Source of the DNA: Pirellulales bacterium
GTDB taxonomy: Bacteria > Planctomycetota > Planctomycetia > Pirellulales > JADZDJ01
Direction of reading: 5' to 3'
Length of the DNA: 64,000 bases
Assembly: GCA_035656635.1 (NCBI GenBank)
Contig: DASRSD010000152.1
Span: forward strand, 9,357-73,356
Shown here: piece after piece, positions 16,145 to 26,760 of the stretch
Position numbering within the stretch: position 1 is the stretch's first letter
How the letters are laid out: each line of letters starts with the position of its first letter
Program-made: the position numbers and the translations under genes
The notes under the pieces: generated by a model
Seen by the model: only the letters and a program-made list of their open reading frames with translations
What the model was told of the DNA's origin: nothing
The model's database searches: none

Positions 16145-18564
16145 CCGGCGGCGATCTCGATTACGACACGCCCACCACGCGTAGTGAAGAGGGCCAGCCC
16201 ATTGGCAACGGCCGCATGGGAAGCCTGGTCTGGACCACTCTATCGGCCCTGCACTTTCAAATCAATCGCGACGATGTGTTCGCCGAAAACAGCTACACCA
16301 CCAGTTTTCCCAAGCAAGACAGCGATTACGCCAGCGGTTGCGGCTATGTCGATATCAACCTAAGCGACGCCGGCGACGATGTGTTTTCCGGCCAGACGTT
16401 CCATCAGCACTTATCTCTGTACGACGGCCTGATGACGGTCCAAGGCAGCGGCGTGACTGCCCGCATCGTGGCTTGTCCATTGCACGATGTCATGGCCGTG
16501 GAAATTGACGACCAGCGCCCGCAACCTGCGGCCATCAATATCGACCTGCGGATGCTCCGCTACGCCATTCAAAACATTACCGGCAAAAATTTCCAGTTGG
16601 CCAAAAACCACACCGTGGAGTATCACACCGCGGAACAAACCGCCACTAGCAAACTGGATATCCGCGATGGCAACATTCTGTTGACGCAGCAATTTCGCGA
16701 AGGCGATTTTTACGACGCATCCGCCGTCGCCATTCGTGTGGTCGGTCGCCCATCGAAGGCGCGGTATTTGAACGAATCGACCGTGCAGCTTTCCGCTGCG
16801 CCGGGCAAAGGTCAATTCACCATCCTGATTGCCAGCGCCGCCAGCATGCGGCCGGATGACGATGCCGCCGCGCTGGCGCTGGCACAATTCCATCCACTAG
16901 AGCAAAGCGATTTTGCCGCGTACTCCGCCGACGCCCAAAACTGGTGGCACGATTTTTGGTCCCACGGCTTCGTCAGCATGCACAGCGCCGATGGCCAGGC
17001 CGATTTTGTCGCCGCGAATTACACCTATTTTTTGTACCTCATGGCCAGCAGTTCCCGCGGCGCTTACCCGCCTCGCTTTGGCGGCATGCTGTGGTATACC
17101 AACGGCGATATGCGCCGCTGGGGTTCGCAATATTGGTGGGCCAACACGAATGCCTATTACAGCAACCTCATGCCGGCCAATCGCATGGAATTGCTGGACC
17201 CGGTGTTTTCGCTCTACTCCGGCATGCTCGATGCCTGCAAGCTGGCGGCGCAGCAGCAATGGGGTTCGCAAGGCGTGTGGATTCCCGAAATCACTTTTTT
17301 CAATGGGCCAGAGAAACTGCCCGATGATATTGCCGCAGAGTTGCAGGAATTGATGCTCGTTAAAAAACCGTATGACAATCGGTCTGCAAAATTTCAATGG
17401 TGGGCCGAAACCAAAAATCGGCATAACTCGCGCTGGAATTTTTTGGCCGACGGGCATTGGGATCACGGCCATTACGTGGTGCCCACGAAAGATGCCGGCA
17501 TTTTCGGCCACTGCACGCACATTTTGTGCGACGCGGCCAAAATCGGCGCGCTGTTTTACGATCGCTACGAATTCACGCAGGACCAAACGTGGCTGCGCGA
17601 GCGGGCATATCCCATCATTCAGGGCGCAGCCGAGTTTTACCGCAATTTTCCCAACGTGAAGCTGGGCGATGATAACAAGTATCACATTTACCACGTGAAC
17701 AACAACGAAAGCGGCTGGGATACCGGCGACACCCCCAACGAAATTGCCGGCATGCGACTTGCCTTTTCCACGGCCATCAAAGCTTCGACCCGTTTGGGCG
17801 TCGATGAAGATTTGCGCGGCAAGTGGCAGGAGATGCTCGACCATTTGGCCCCGGCTTCCAATCCCGGCCGTGGTCGCCGGCCAGCCGAAACGGAGCGCAG
17901 CAACTCGCCAAACCCGCCGGCGACAAACGGCTCCCCAGAAAATGCCCCCCGCAAGGCAACCGGGGGAGGCCGCGGCGGCAATCGGCCGTTTGGATCGTTC
18001 GTATATGGCGGACCGGGCGCCATTCCTGCCAACGAACCGGAAGCTCAGCTCAAAGCCAAATTCCTCGGCTTCAACGCGCTGGGAAGTTTTATTGATCCCA
18101 CAGGCGACGGCAGTGCTCAAATTTTCCGCAACCGGCTGCGGCTGCGTGAAGGTCCCGGCGCCATCGATTGCGAGCACATCGCCGGCCTGGCCATAGGCAT
18201 TCACTCCACATTGCTGGCCAGCTCCATGGCCGACGATGGCAAACCGCAAATCGAAGTGTTTACCAGCCTTTGGCCGCGTAGTTGGGATTGCGCTTTTAAG
18301 CTGCTGGCGCGCGGCGGATTTCTCGTCAGTTCGTCGGTGAAAAACCACGACATCGAATTCGTCGAAATCATTTCGCAACTGGGCGGGCCGTGCCGGCTGA
18401 AAAATCCGTGGCCCGAAAGCAAAATAACTTTCCAGCGCAATGGCGTGGCCGCGGAAACTCTGCAAGGACCGTCGTTGACTTTCGACACGGCGCCGGGCGA
18501 AAAAATTGTGCTGCTGCCGGCAGGCCCAACCGGCGACCAGAAGGCAGCTTCCCATTCGCCTTAA
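16141..18564 (+). CDS. GH95-like / DUF5703-type six-hairpin glycoside hydrolase, with no signal peptide
   Basis: The N terminus (PIGNGRMGSLVW...) and the core (GSQYWWANTNAYYSNLMPANRMELLDPVF...) resemble the GH95/GH65 superfamily. It starts at a GTG and has a Pro/Gly/Arg-rich insert near residue 570. Confidence 0.6.
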   Translation: MTGGDLDYDTPTTRSEEGQPIGNGRMGSLVWTTLSALHFQINRDDVFAENSYTTSFPKQDSDYASGCGYVDINLSDAGDDVFSGQTFHQHLSLYDGLMTVQGSGVTARIVACPLHDVMAVEIDDQRPQPAAINIDLRMLRYAIQNITGKNFQLAKNHTVEYHTAEQTATSKLDIRDGNILLTQQFREGDFYDASAVAIRVVGRPSKARYLNESTVQLSAAPGKGQFTILIASAASMRPDDDAAALALAQFHPLEQSDFAAYSADAQNWWHDFWSHGFVSMHSADGQADFVAANYTYFLYLMASSSRGAYPPRFGGMLWYTNGDMRRWGSQYWWANTNAYYSNLMPANRMELLDPVFSLYSGMLDACKLAAQQQWGSQGVWIPEITFFNGPEKLPDDIAAELQELMLVKKPYDNRSAKFQWWAETKNRHNSRWNFLADGHWDHGHYVVPTKDAGIFGHCTHILCDAAKIGALFYDRYEFTQDQTWLRERAYPIIQGAAEFYRNFPNVKLGDDNKYHIYHVNNNESGWDTGDTPNEIAGMRLAFSTAIKASTRLGVDEDLRGKWQEMLDHLAPASNPGRGRRPAETERSNSPNPPATNGSPENAPRKATGGGRGGNRPFGSFVYGGPGAIPANEPEAQLKAKFLGFNALGSFIDPTGDGSAQIFRNRLRLREGPGAIDCEHIAGLAIGIHSTLLASSMADDGKPQIEVFTSLWPRSWDCAFKLLARGGFLVSSSVKNHDIEFVEIISQLGGPCRLKNPWPESKITFQRNGVAAETLQGPSLTFDTAPGEKIVLLPAGPTGDQKAASHSP

Positions 18565-18634
18565 AAGTGATGTTTTCTTCTGCGACTGCCGGAAGGAGCG
18601 GCAACTGGGATACAGGCGAACTGCGGATGGAGGT

Positions 18635-18841
18635 TTATTTTTTGGATATCCTTGCTGACCGTCCGGCAGCCCAAGTTTCACGGATCACGTCGGCGTTTCG
18701 CTCGATTATCTTCTGAGCTTGCTCGATTTTGTCTTGGGCTTTAAGCAAATCTGCGCGGCCTTCAGCGAGCATCTTCTGAGCAGTCTTAAATTGGGCCAGT
18801 GCGGTCACTCGTTTTTGTGTAGTTGAATCGCGGTTCGTCAT
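18635..18841 (-). CDS. small coiled-coil hypothetical protein (68 aa)
   Basis: The ORF lies in the gap between convergent genes and has helical heptad-like composition. I recognise no family. Confidence 0.4.
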   Translation of the reverse strand: MTNRDSTTQKRVTALAQFKTAQKMLAEGRADLLKAQDKIEQAQKIIERNADVIRETWAAGRSARISKK

Positions 18842-18983
18842 TATTTATTCCACTAGAGCGGGTAACAGTTAGGGATCTGTCAGCATTGTAGCGGAGTGAC
18901 AAGAGTGTTTGGTACGGCTTTGCACAAAAGTCTCACAGTTGCACAAATAATCGCCGGGCCAACCATTTCGCGGGGCCTCGACC

Positions 18984-21593
18984 TTACGGCACTGCTGGCC
19001 GTGGTGCTGTCGCCGTAACATTCAACATCAGCACGGCCGGCTTAAGTCCCTTCCCTTTGGCAGTCAAATGCACTTCGCCAGCCCCGACATCTGATTGCAC
19101 AATGACCTGCGCCAGCCCGTTGAACAGCAACCTCTCGCTTGTCTTGTCAGCCTCGTGCGACGACGGATTTCCATTCCCCACCCCGATGATCTTTGCCGGT
19201 CCGTTGATTGCAAACGTGACCATGTTGTCTGCCGTGGGAACCTTTCGACCTTGTTCGTCCGACACGTCAACGGTCACTACCGCAACATCTTCTCCGTTCC
19301 CGTTGATCTGAGTGCGATCCGCAGCCAGTCGGAGTTGCGAAGCCGCGCCGGTCGTCTCCACTTTGTCTTCAATTGTTTGCACGCTGTGCTTAAATCCTCT
19401 GGCCAGCAGCGTTCCCGGGGCATACGTCACGGTCCATTCCAAATGCTTCCGCGGCTCAACCTTCTGCCGGCCAATTACCTCGCCATTCAACGACAGCTCC
19501 ACTTCGTCGCAGTTCGATTGCACCCACACGTCGACGGTCTTTCCTTCTTTGCCCGTCCAATTCCAATGCGGATACACGTGCAACACCGGCTTATCGGTCC
19601 ACCACGCCTGATAATACCAGTAGTTATCTTTCGGAAACCCACACAAATCCATGATCCCAAAATGCGATGTGGTGCACGGCCACTTATACGGCGTCGGTTC
19701 CCCGCGGTAATCGAACCCGGTCCACACGAACGAGCCGGACATAAACGGGCGGTCGTAATAAAAATTCCACCACTTCTCCGCCGTGCAGGTTCCCTCAATA
19801 TCGTAAGCCGACACGTAGCCGGCGGCCTTCAACTTCGGATCGGTGATGGTTCCCTTGGCGAGCGAATGCGAGCTGATATTTCCTTCGTCGTCCTCCGAAT
19901 AAATCCCGCGCGAACAGCGTGTGCTGGCGTCCTCGGTCCCCATACAAGGTTTTTCTGGGAATTTTGCGTGGGCATCTTCACAAGTAATGGGCCGCTTTCC
20001 GCGAGTTGGATAGTTAAAGCCCATGATGTCGATGACCGTGGCAAAGCCGCTGCCATATCCGCTGTTCATGGCGCAGGTACACAGCCGCGAAGGGTCAAGC
20101 CCATGTGCTAAATCCTGCATCGCCTTGGCAATGGGCGCTCCCACCTCGTTGTCCCCCTGTACATTGTCACGCATCTCTTCATTGCAAATGGACCAGGCAA
20201 ACACGCAGGGATGGTTCTTGTCCCGCTCGATCATCGATTGCAACTGCCCCAGTGCTTCTCGATCTGCCCCTGCCCGCCGCGTTTCATCCAGCACCAGCAT
20301 CCCTAGCTTGTCGCAGGCGTCCAACAACTCCGGCGTCGGTGGGTTGTGCGAAGTGCGATAAGCGTTGGCCCCCATTTCCTTGAGCTTGGCGATCCGCCAA
20401 TACTGCAGCGCATCGGGAATGGCCGATCCAACCCCGGCATGATCCTGATGATTACACGTCCCCAGAATCTCATACCGCTTGCCGTTGAGAAAAAATCCTT
20501 TGTCGGGATCGAAGCGCACAGTCCGCACGCCAAACGGCGTCTCATACCGATCGAGTGTTGCGCCGTCATCGCCTTTAACCGTCGTCACCAGGGTATATAA
20601 ATACGGTGTCTGGGGCGACCACAAATGCGCTCCCGCTATATTAAACTGCTGTGTGAAAGTTTTGTGCGAGCCGCCGGCGATGGAGTTAGATGATTCCGAT
20701 TCATTTGCGGCTGACGATGCCACTGTTTTTCCATCCGCATCCTGAATTTTCGAACCGACCGATATCCTCCGCGCATCGTTCGCATCGTTTTCGATATCCA
20801 CGCGGGCCGTGACAACCGCACCTTGCGATTCAGAGTCCGCCGGCGCAGTGGTAACATATGTTCCCCAATGCGCCACGTGAACCGGCTCCGTCTTGTTCAA
20901 CCACACGTGCCGATAAATTCCCGCCCCTTCGTAGAACCAGCCCTCAAACCGTGTGGCATCTAGGCGCACAACCAGCGTGTTGTTTCCCGCTTCGCCGTCG
21001 CCACAGTTGGCATATTTGGTGATGTCGTATTGAAAACTCGAATATCCCGAGGGATGCCGCCCCAGGCAACGGCCGTTCAACCACACGAGCGAATTCCGAT
21101 AAACCCCGTCAAAATCGAGAGTGAGGGTGCGTCCTTTGTCCGATGCCGGCAACGAAAAGTTCCGCCGGTACCAACCGATCGTCGTGCCTTTCTTCGGATC
21201 CAGATCCTTGAACCCATGCTGGAAATTCGCGCTCTCGCTGAACGGCAGTTCGACTGCCCAATCGTGCGGCAAATTTAATTCGCGCCAGCTAGAAGCATCG
21301 AAGGCGGGTTGCACGTAATCCAAGTGCTCGCCGGAATGCGCTGCTACTGCATCGGCCTGCTCCGATTCCATCTTCGCCCAGTTCGCTAGATCGGCTTTCC
21401 GCACCTTCGCCAAATCGCTGGGCTCAGGATAATCCAAGGCATTGCCAACTTCGGAGGAATCTCCCAAATGAAACCGCCAATGCGCGTCCAACAGCAAATG
21501 CTCTCGCAGGTTGTCTGCGGCGTGAACTACAGAAAGCGCCGACCACGCCCAGAAAACTCCCAGGGCAACAACAACACGACGGGACGACATCAT
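18984..21593 (-). CDS. glycoside hydrolase family 2 (beta-galactosidase/beta-glucuronidase-like), secreted
   Basis: It has a signal peptide (MMSSRRVVVALGVFWAWSALSVVHA). WRELNLPHDWAVE..., ...RTSHNPP... and NHPCVFAWSICNEE are GH2 hallmarks. Ig-like domains occupy the C terminus. Confidence 0.85.
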   Translation of the reverse strand: MMSSRRVVVALGVFWAWSALSVVHAADNLREHLLLDAHWRFHLGDSSEVGNALDYPEPSDLAKVRKADLANWAKMESEQADAVAAHSGEHLDYVQPAFDASSWRELNLPHDWAVELPFSESANFQHGFKDLDPKKGTTIGWYRRNFSLPASDKGRTLTLDFDGVYRNSLVWLNGRCLGRHPSGYSSFQYDITKYANCGDGEAGNNTLVVRLDATRFEGWFYEGAGIYRHVWLNKTEPVHVAHWGTYVTTAPADSESQGAVVTARVDIENDANDARRISVGSKIQDADGKTVASSAANESESSNSIAGGSHKTFTQQFNIAGAHLWSPQTPYLYTLVTTVKGDDGATLDRYETPFGVRTVRFDPDKGFFLNGKRYEILGTCNHQDHAGVGSAIPDALQYWRIAKLKEMGANAYRTSHNPPTPELLDACDKLGMLVLDETRRAGADREALGQLQSMIERDKNHPCVFAWSICNEEMRDNVQGDNEVGAPIAKAMQDLAHGLDPSRLCTCAMNSGYGSGFATVIDIMGFNYPTRGKRPITCEDAHAKFPEKPCMGTEDASTRCSRGIYSEDDEGNISSHSLAKGTITDPKLKAAGYVSAYDIEGTCTAEKWWNFYYDRPFMSGSFVWTGFDYRGEPTPYKWPCTTSHFGIMDLCGFPKDNYWYYQAWWTDKPVLHVYPHWNWTGKEGKTVDVWVQSNCDEVELSLNGEVIGRQKVEPRKHLEWTVTYAPGTLLARGFKHSVQTIEDKVETTGAASQLRLAADRTQINGNGEDVAVVTVDVSDEQGRKVPTADNMVTFAINGPAKIIGVGNGNPSSHEADKTSERLLFNGLAQVIVQSDVGAGEVHLTAKGKGLKPAVLMLNVTATAPRPAVP

Positions 21594-21744
21594 TTCTCTC
21601 AGTTCATTCACCCCCCCGGGTAAACAACAATAATAATCAGAAGAGCACTATCGCGGCAAAGTCCGTCGATAGTTTAGCGGCGCGCGTGATGATGTGCTAC
21701 TTACTACGCGCTGCCGAATCTTAGAATCGCGCTGCCGCAATGGT

Positions 21745-22704
21745 TCAGGGATGGCTGAAGGGCAGCTTGCCTTCGCCGCGGGGCTTGGTCGGTCCGTAGC
21801 CGCCGGCTTTCTCATAAACTCGCACGTAATCGACCACCATTTCGGCCGGAAATTTGGTGGTTTGATCGGGCGGCCCCAGAAACTGTCCGCCCACGGCCAC
21901 ATTCATGACGATGAAAAACGGCCGGTCGAACGGCGCCGGCCACGGGTGCAAGTCGGGCTCACTGGCCGGGTTGGTTGCCTTGCCGCCCGACTTGGCGCTG
22001 CTCCACCAAAACGTTTGGTCTTCGTACTGTTTGCCGTCGACATACCAGCGGATTTCGCCGGGCTCCCATTCCAACGCGTATACGTGGAAGTCGGCAATCG
22101 TGCCGTTGTCGGGAAAAATATAATCTTTGCCGGCGTGCACATTCCCGGGCCAGCGCGAGCCGAAATGAATGGTGCCCAACACCTTGTTGGGCTCCTGGCC
22201 GCGCGCCTCCGTCACGTCGATTTCTCCGGAGCAGGGCCAAGGGCCGTACTTCTCATCTTGCGGCAACATCCACAATGCCGGCCAAATACCCTTGCCCGTC
22301 GGCAACTTCGCGCGGAACTCAAAACGGCCGTATGCTTGGCTGAACAATGGGCCGCCGTCCACGCTGCGCGACTTGAGCCGAGCCGAAGTGTAACCGCAAC
22401 CGTTCAGCGACTGCTTCAGCGCGCGAAGATGTAGCATGCCTTCTTTGACGAATGCGTTGTCTGGCTCTTTGGTGTAATACTCCAACTCGTTATTGCCCCA
22501 GCCGCTAAGCCATTGATTCCCGTCATAGTTGTAAAACCCGTTGCCGAGATCGAAATCCCACTTGGTGCGGTCTATGTCTTTGCCGTCGAACTCGTCGCTC
22601 CAAGAAAGTTTCCAGCCGGGCGGAGCGTCGGCGGCAAACGTCCCGCTATGTCCGATCAGACAAACGCCGAGTGCCGCAATGATTGAGGCCAGAGCGTAGC
22701 GCAT
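21745..22704 (-). CDS. glycoside hydrolase family 16 (laminarinase / beta-glucanase-like), secreted
   Basis: It has a signal peptide. WSDEFDG...GWGNNELEYYT...SARL...GIWPALWMLP...SGEIDVTE are GH16 motifs, including the catalytic ExDxxE-type region. Confidence 0.85.
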   Translation of the reverse strand: MRYALASIIAALGVCLIGHSGTFAADAPPGWKLSWSDEFDGKDIDRTKWDFDLGNGFYNYDGNQWLSGWGNNELEYYTKEPDNAFVKEGMLHLRALKQSLNGCGYTSARLKSRSVDGGPLFSQAYGRFEFRAKLPTGKGIWPALWMLPQDEKYGPWPCSGEIDVTEARGQEPNKVLGTIHFGSRWPGNVHAGKDYIFPDNGTIADFHVYALEWEPGEIRWYVDGKQYEDQTFWWSSAKSGGKATNPASEPDLHPWPAPFDRPFFIVMNVAVGGQFLGPPDQTTKFPAEMVVDYVRVYEKAGGYGPTKPRGEGKLPFSHP

Positions 22705-22758
22705 AATCGCGATGGGGCGAGTGAGCGATTGCGTGATCTACTTAACCAGTGAAGTTCC

Positions 22759-23739
22759 CTATGCCGCAGCACGCTTTCTTGCGGCGGCTGCGACCGCGAA
22801 TCCACCAAGTGCAAGTAAAATAAACGACGTCGGCTCCGGCACGGCACTGATTGTTCCGTTGCCGGCAAGGAGAAGGTTGATTAGTGCCTGCATTTTAAAA
22901 TTGGTTAGATTGGAACCACTATTGCCAGGAATGTTATTGATTGCGGCCAAATCGGAAGCGCTCACATTGTACGTGCTTTCATATAGCGGCAAATTGGTCA
23001 GCGCCAGTTCCAAGGCGTTAATGTCGGCGGAATCGACGTGGCCATTTTTGTTGTAATCACCCGGCGCTGGAGGCGCTGCGGTAGTAGCTAACGTCAGACT
23101 TAAGTCATCGAATGCGAAATATGCATTCGAGTTGCCATTGATATTCAGCATATATGCGAGGATCGATTGGGTGTTGGCCGGGGCCGTGGCCGTTACGCTG
23201 CCAAATTCCCACGTGTTTTGCGGAAGCGGTATCCCACCACCGCCTCCGGGTGTTCCAAAATTTACGCCTATCGCCCCTCCGATCTGCGTGCCACCCGATG
23301 GCCCGTCGAAATACGCGATTTGTAATATCGCAAAGTCATTGCTGCCAGTTACCAATACGTTGGGGGTCCTTACCCAACCGGATAAAGTATATACCTGCCC
23401 TGGGCTGGCAGGGAGAACTTCATACGCGCCTGGAACGGAATAGCCACCATTGCCGCCGGGCATCTCCATATCCCAAACGCCGCTGTGCGCAACGGTAGGC
23501 TGGCCACCCGCTGGGGGCACAAAATTATCAGGAGGGCCCGGATTCTCTCCTTCGAACGGTAATCCGCCAAATTCTGCCCAGCCGGGTGCGTCGGTGGTGT
23601 TTGGATTGGTAGTTACTGTCCCAATTTCAAACCCGGGATCTACCAATAAGTTCGTCTGTCCCCAGCTCGCTTGCGCGAATACAAGCATGCAAGTACCTAT
23701 TGCCGACAGAGAGAATAACCGTCTCAATTGTGTTTTCAT
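22759..23739 (-). CDS. CBM4/9-like domain, dockerin-like repeat, PEP-CTERM protein
   Basis: It has a signal peptide. NLLVDPGFE opens a CBM-like jelly-roll domain. It also has GDYNKNGHVDSADINALELAL and a C-terminal VPEPTSFILLALGGFAVAAAARKR. Confidence 0.75.
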   Translation of the reverse strand: MKTQLRRLFSLSAIGTCMLVFAQASWGQTNLLVDPGFEIGTVTTNPNTTDAPGWAEFGGLPFEGENPGPPDNFVPPAGGQPTVAHSGVWDMEMPGGNGGYSVPGAYEVLPASPGQVYTLSGWVRTPNVLVTGSNDFAILQIAYFDGPSGGTQIGGAIGVNFGTPGGGGGIPLPQNTWEFGSVTATAPANTQSILAYMLNINGNSNAYFAFDDLSLTLATTAAPPAPGDYNKNGHVDSADINALELALTNLPLYESTYNVSASDLAAINNIPGNSGSNLTNFKMQALINLLLAGNGTISAVPEPTSFILLALGGFAVAAAARKRAAA

Positions 23740-24100
23740 GTTTGTCCCTTTCACGAATGACCCGTGTTGATATTTCCCATATGGGCTGAGCCTAGAACCG
23801 GTCCAAGGTCACAACCGTCGGCGTTTTTAACCGGCGCTCCGACTGCGTCCAACGCTGAGCCAGGTCCCTAAACAGCTGGTCAAACAGACTCCCCGAACGC
23901 ACTCCCTATTGATTCGCAGATTATTAGTTCTTTTTTAATCTTAAGCTACGGCGAATGCAAACATTTTACGAACATTTCGCCAACGAGAGAGCCTCTTTAC
24001 AAGCGAAATTTGCCCTGGCCGAGGGCATTTGATCGGACCGAAGCCCCGACCGCCCCCCATTGGCTGCCATTCAGCGTGGTGATCAAAGCGCCGCAATTTA

Positions 24101-25471
24101 TCAGCGAATTGTCCGGGTTATCGCCTTTCGTCTCCAGACGGCAAGGCCACCCAACGCCAGCAGAACGAACGTCGATGGTTCCGGGACGTCTTCGGTTGAG
24201 CCTTTCCCTGATTTCAATGCGTTAATCAGGCTTTGCAAATCGGTATTATTGAATTTGCCATCCCCGTTCATATCGCCGATCAGGTTCAATTGAGCCGTTG
24301 TTAGGCTTTCGCCGGCCGCGAAGGTTGCTTCATTGGTCAGCGCCTGTTCCATGGCAGTGACATCCTTGGCGTCGAGATGCCCATCTCGGTTCACGTCGCC
24401 AAGAATAGGAAGGGAAAACGCTTCGACGTCGGAAATGGTCATGGTGTAACTGCCCGCAGCAATGGGTGGACGGCTATTGGGGGTGTTAAAGCCCGGATAT
24501 TGCCCGCCGACCGCCAGATTCATGACTAGGTAAAAGTTCTTATCGAATGGGGCCGCATTCGTAGCCCCCGTTCCCCCGGGGTTATACCAGCCTGTGCTAT
24601 TAGTACCGGCATTGCTTCCAGTTTGCGATTCATACAGCAAGCCGTCTACATACCATGCTAACAGACCGTGGGTATAGGTCGTCCCGTTGTAAGTCGCGCC
24701 AGCCGGAAGCCATAGCAAGTCGTAGGTGTGGGAATTTTGCGTGTTATAGCCGGGATGGCTGCTGCTGTTGTACACTTGCGTCGCGCTGATATCAAAACTT
24801 GGACCGCTGTGGTAAGAGCCTTGCTCCTGCTGGTTGGCGGTCGAACCGCCGCCGCCTCCGGATTCAAAAACATCGACTTCACCCGACGTGGGCCAGCCCG
24901 AGCCGTAACCCTTTGAGTTCTGCGGAAGCATCCAGAGGGCGGGCCACAGGCCGCTGCCCGACGGAGCGGAAGCAGTCCATTGAAACAGACCGTAAGTCTG
25001 CGAAAAGTAATTACTGGTATTGATGCGCGCGGAAGTGATCTCCGTAGAATTGACTGGGTGGGTAGTGGTGTTGGTGGTGACTTGGGGCGTAGTGAAATTG
25101 TTGGGGACAATGGCAGTGATGTTCAAGCCATTGCTGTTGATAAACAAGTTGCTATTGGACAGGTTGCCGCTGGTCTTCGCGTCGTTGTAGTACTCCCATT
25201 CGTTATTCCCCCAGCCGTTTAATCCATCCTGCGCGCCGGTGCCAAATTCTGCGGTCCAGTGGTTTAAATCGGTTTGGGCATTGGCCGAAGTGAAATCGTT
25301 GGACAACGTTTGCAGCCAGGGGAGGCCGTTGGGAGCATTCACAGCCGCTGCCGGTTCTGTGGCGAAACTTGGAGTAGCAATTCCCAAGACAAGCACGAAA
25401 GCCAGTGCGGGAACGAAACCACGATGCAGGGTGAAATTTCGCCGACCGGAATTCCGAGTGCCAATTCTCAT
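24101..25471 (-). CDS. GH16 catalytic domain, dockerin-like pair, PEP-CTERM protein
   Basis: I start it at MRIGTRNSGRR... rather than at 25630. Motifs are GWGNNEWEYY...GLWPALWMLP...SGEVDVFE, then GDVNRDGHLDAKDVTAMEQAL and GDMNGDGKFNNTDLQSLINAL, then VPEPSTFVLLALGGLAVWRRK. Confidence 0.8.
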   Translation of the reverse strand: MRIGTRNSGRRNFTLHRGFVPALAFVLVLGIATPSFATEPAAAVNAPNGLPWLQTLSNDFTSANAQTDLNHWTAEFGTGAQDGLNGWGNNEWEYYNDAKTSGNLSNSNLFINSNGLNITAIVPNNFTTPQVTTNTTTHPVNSTEITSARINTSNYFSQTYGLFQWTASAPSGSGLWPALWMLPQNSKGYGSGWPTSGEVDVFESGGGGGSTANQQEQGSYHSGPSFDISATQVYNSSSHPGYNTQNSHTYDLLWLPAGATYNGTTYTHGLLAWYVDGLLYESQTGSNAGTNSTGWYNPGGTGATNAAPFDKNFYLVMNLAVGGQYPGFNTPNSRPPIAAGSYTMTISDVEAFSLPILGDVNRDGHLDAKDVTAMEQALTNEATFAAGESLTTAQLNLIGDMNGDGKFNNTDLQSLINALKSGKGSTEDVPEPSTFVLLALGGLAVWRRKAITRTIR

Positions 25472-25788
25472 GCTTCTGTTCCGTTCTCTCTGATAAAGCG
25501 CGCGTTTGCCGTTACCGAGGCCCACGAAAACGGCCGCACAGCTCCGCTGACATTGACAAGCCCGAAAATCATCCCCCGGCGGCGTCGTTTTAAACGCCGC
25601 GACTAAGAATACCAGCCCCAATGCTAACATTTCCGTGCGTTAAAGGGCATAGTACGCTAGAAGGGGGTGTTCAATCAAAATTCCCGGATTCGAGCAATCG
25701 GCGGCGGCGAGGATTCGCATCAAGCGCGCAAAAAAACCGCGCACGGCCTTTGAAATCCGTGCGCGGTTGGTGAATTCAATTCAGCGAT

Positions 25789-26517
25789 CTATCGGAAGCG
25801 ACGACGGGCAACCAGGCCGAAGCCGACCAAACCCAAGCCCAACAGCGAAAGCGTCGCGGGCTCGGGAACGGCTTCCAAATCGAGATCGTCAATAAATACG
25901 CCGTTGCCGGCAGGTATTGCCTCCTGCGGGAAAACGGCGATGCCAAAAATCTGTATCGATTGGGCACCAGCCGGAGCGGTAAAAATACCAGTGTCCAGCG
26001 CAATCCATTGGCCCACGGGGCTGTTGGAATCAATGTGGTTGGAAAACTTCGCGTTGGTTGCTCCAGTTTCCACCGTGCCCAGGTTAGCGCCGGTGGCATT
26101 GTCGCCGGAAAAGAACGTCGCTTGAACACCCGCGAAATCGGTGCCATTGTTCGATGCACCTGGGGGAACAAGCTGCCCGGTTGTCATTCCCCACCCAGTG
26201 AGATCGAACTTCGCGCCGGCGATAACGCCAATATTGAAAGTTTCAAACGCCAGAGGAACGCCCGAGGCAGCGCCCGCTCCGCCGTTGGTAACGTTCAAAG
26301 AATTATTGCCGGTGTGTGAGTCGGCAGGAGTGGTGTTTAATGCCGCGCCGTTTGCAAAGTTCCAGCCCCCTGTATTTTCGGGGCCAGACGCGGTTCCCAA
26401 TTCAAAGCTCGGATCAACGGCCAGATTGGCCGCCGAAACGACTCTCCCAAACACAAAAGATACAATCCCCAAAGCGCCCGCGCAGACCAACGCGCGCCGA
26501 AATTGACGGAAGGCCAT
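25789..26517 (-). CDS. CBM-like domain, PEP-CTERM protein
   Basis: Started at MAFRQFRR... with a signal peptide. It has NLAVDPSFE... and a C-terminal VPEPATLSLLGLGLVGFGLVARRRFR. Confidence 0.7.
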   Translation of the reverse strand: MAFRQFRRALVCAGALGIVSFVFGRVVSAANLAVDPSFELGTASGPENTGGWNFANGAALNTTPADSHTGNNSLNVTNGGAGAASGVPLAFETFNIGVIAGAKFDLTGWGMTTGQLVPPGASNNGTDFAGVQATFFSGDNATGANLGTVETGATNAKFSNHIDSNSPVGQWIALDTGIFTAPAGAQSIQIFGIAVFPQEAIPAGNGVFIDDLDLEAVPEPATLSLLGLGLVGFGLVARRRFR

Positions 26518-26760
26518 AAGATTCCTCCACCCAGTTGGAAATGACGTTGTCGCACGCAATAGAGATTGCGCGGCCTCCGAGTTCCGTCGCTCCAGTACGT
26601 AAGCTAATACACAGCAACACCGCTGTCAAGGAATTTGCGCAAGTTGCGTAAAAAGAAGTTATTGCGACGATTGGCCAGTGCAAATGCCGGTTCAAAAGCC
26701 GGAGAATACAGCCAAAGTGCTGCCGGATCAGCAGAAACGATGGGCGGATGCATCAGGCTG

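Noticed and set aside
16897-18681. A 594-aa ORF on the minus strand, among the longest in the ORF track.
   Set aside because: It is entirely antisense to the GH95-like gene. Its product is Arg/Ala/Gly/Pro-rich with no domain pattern. This is the typical shadow ORF of a GC-rich coding region.
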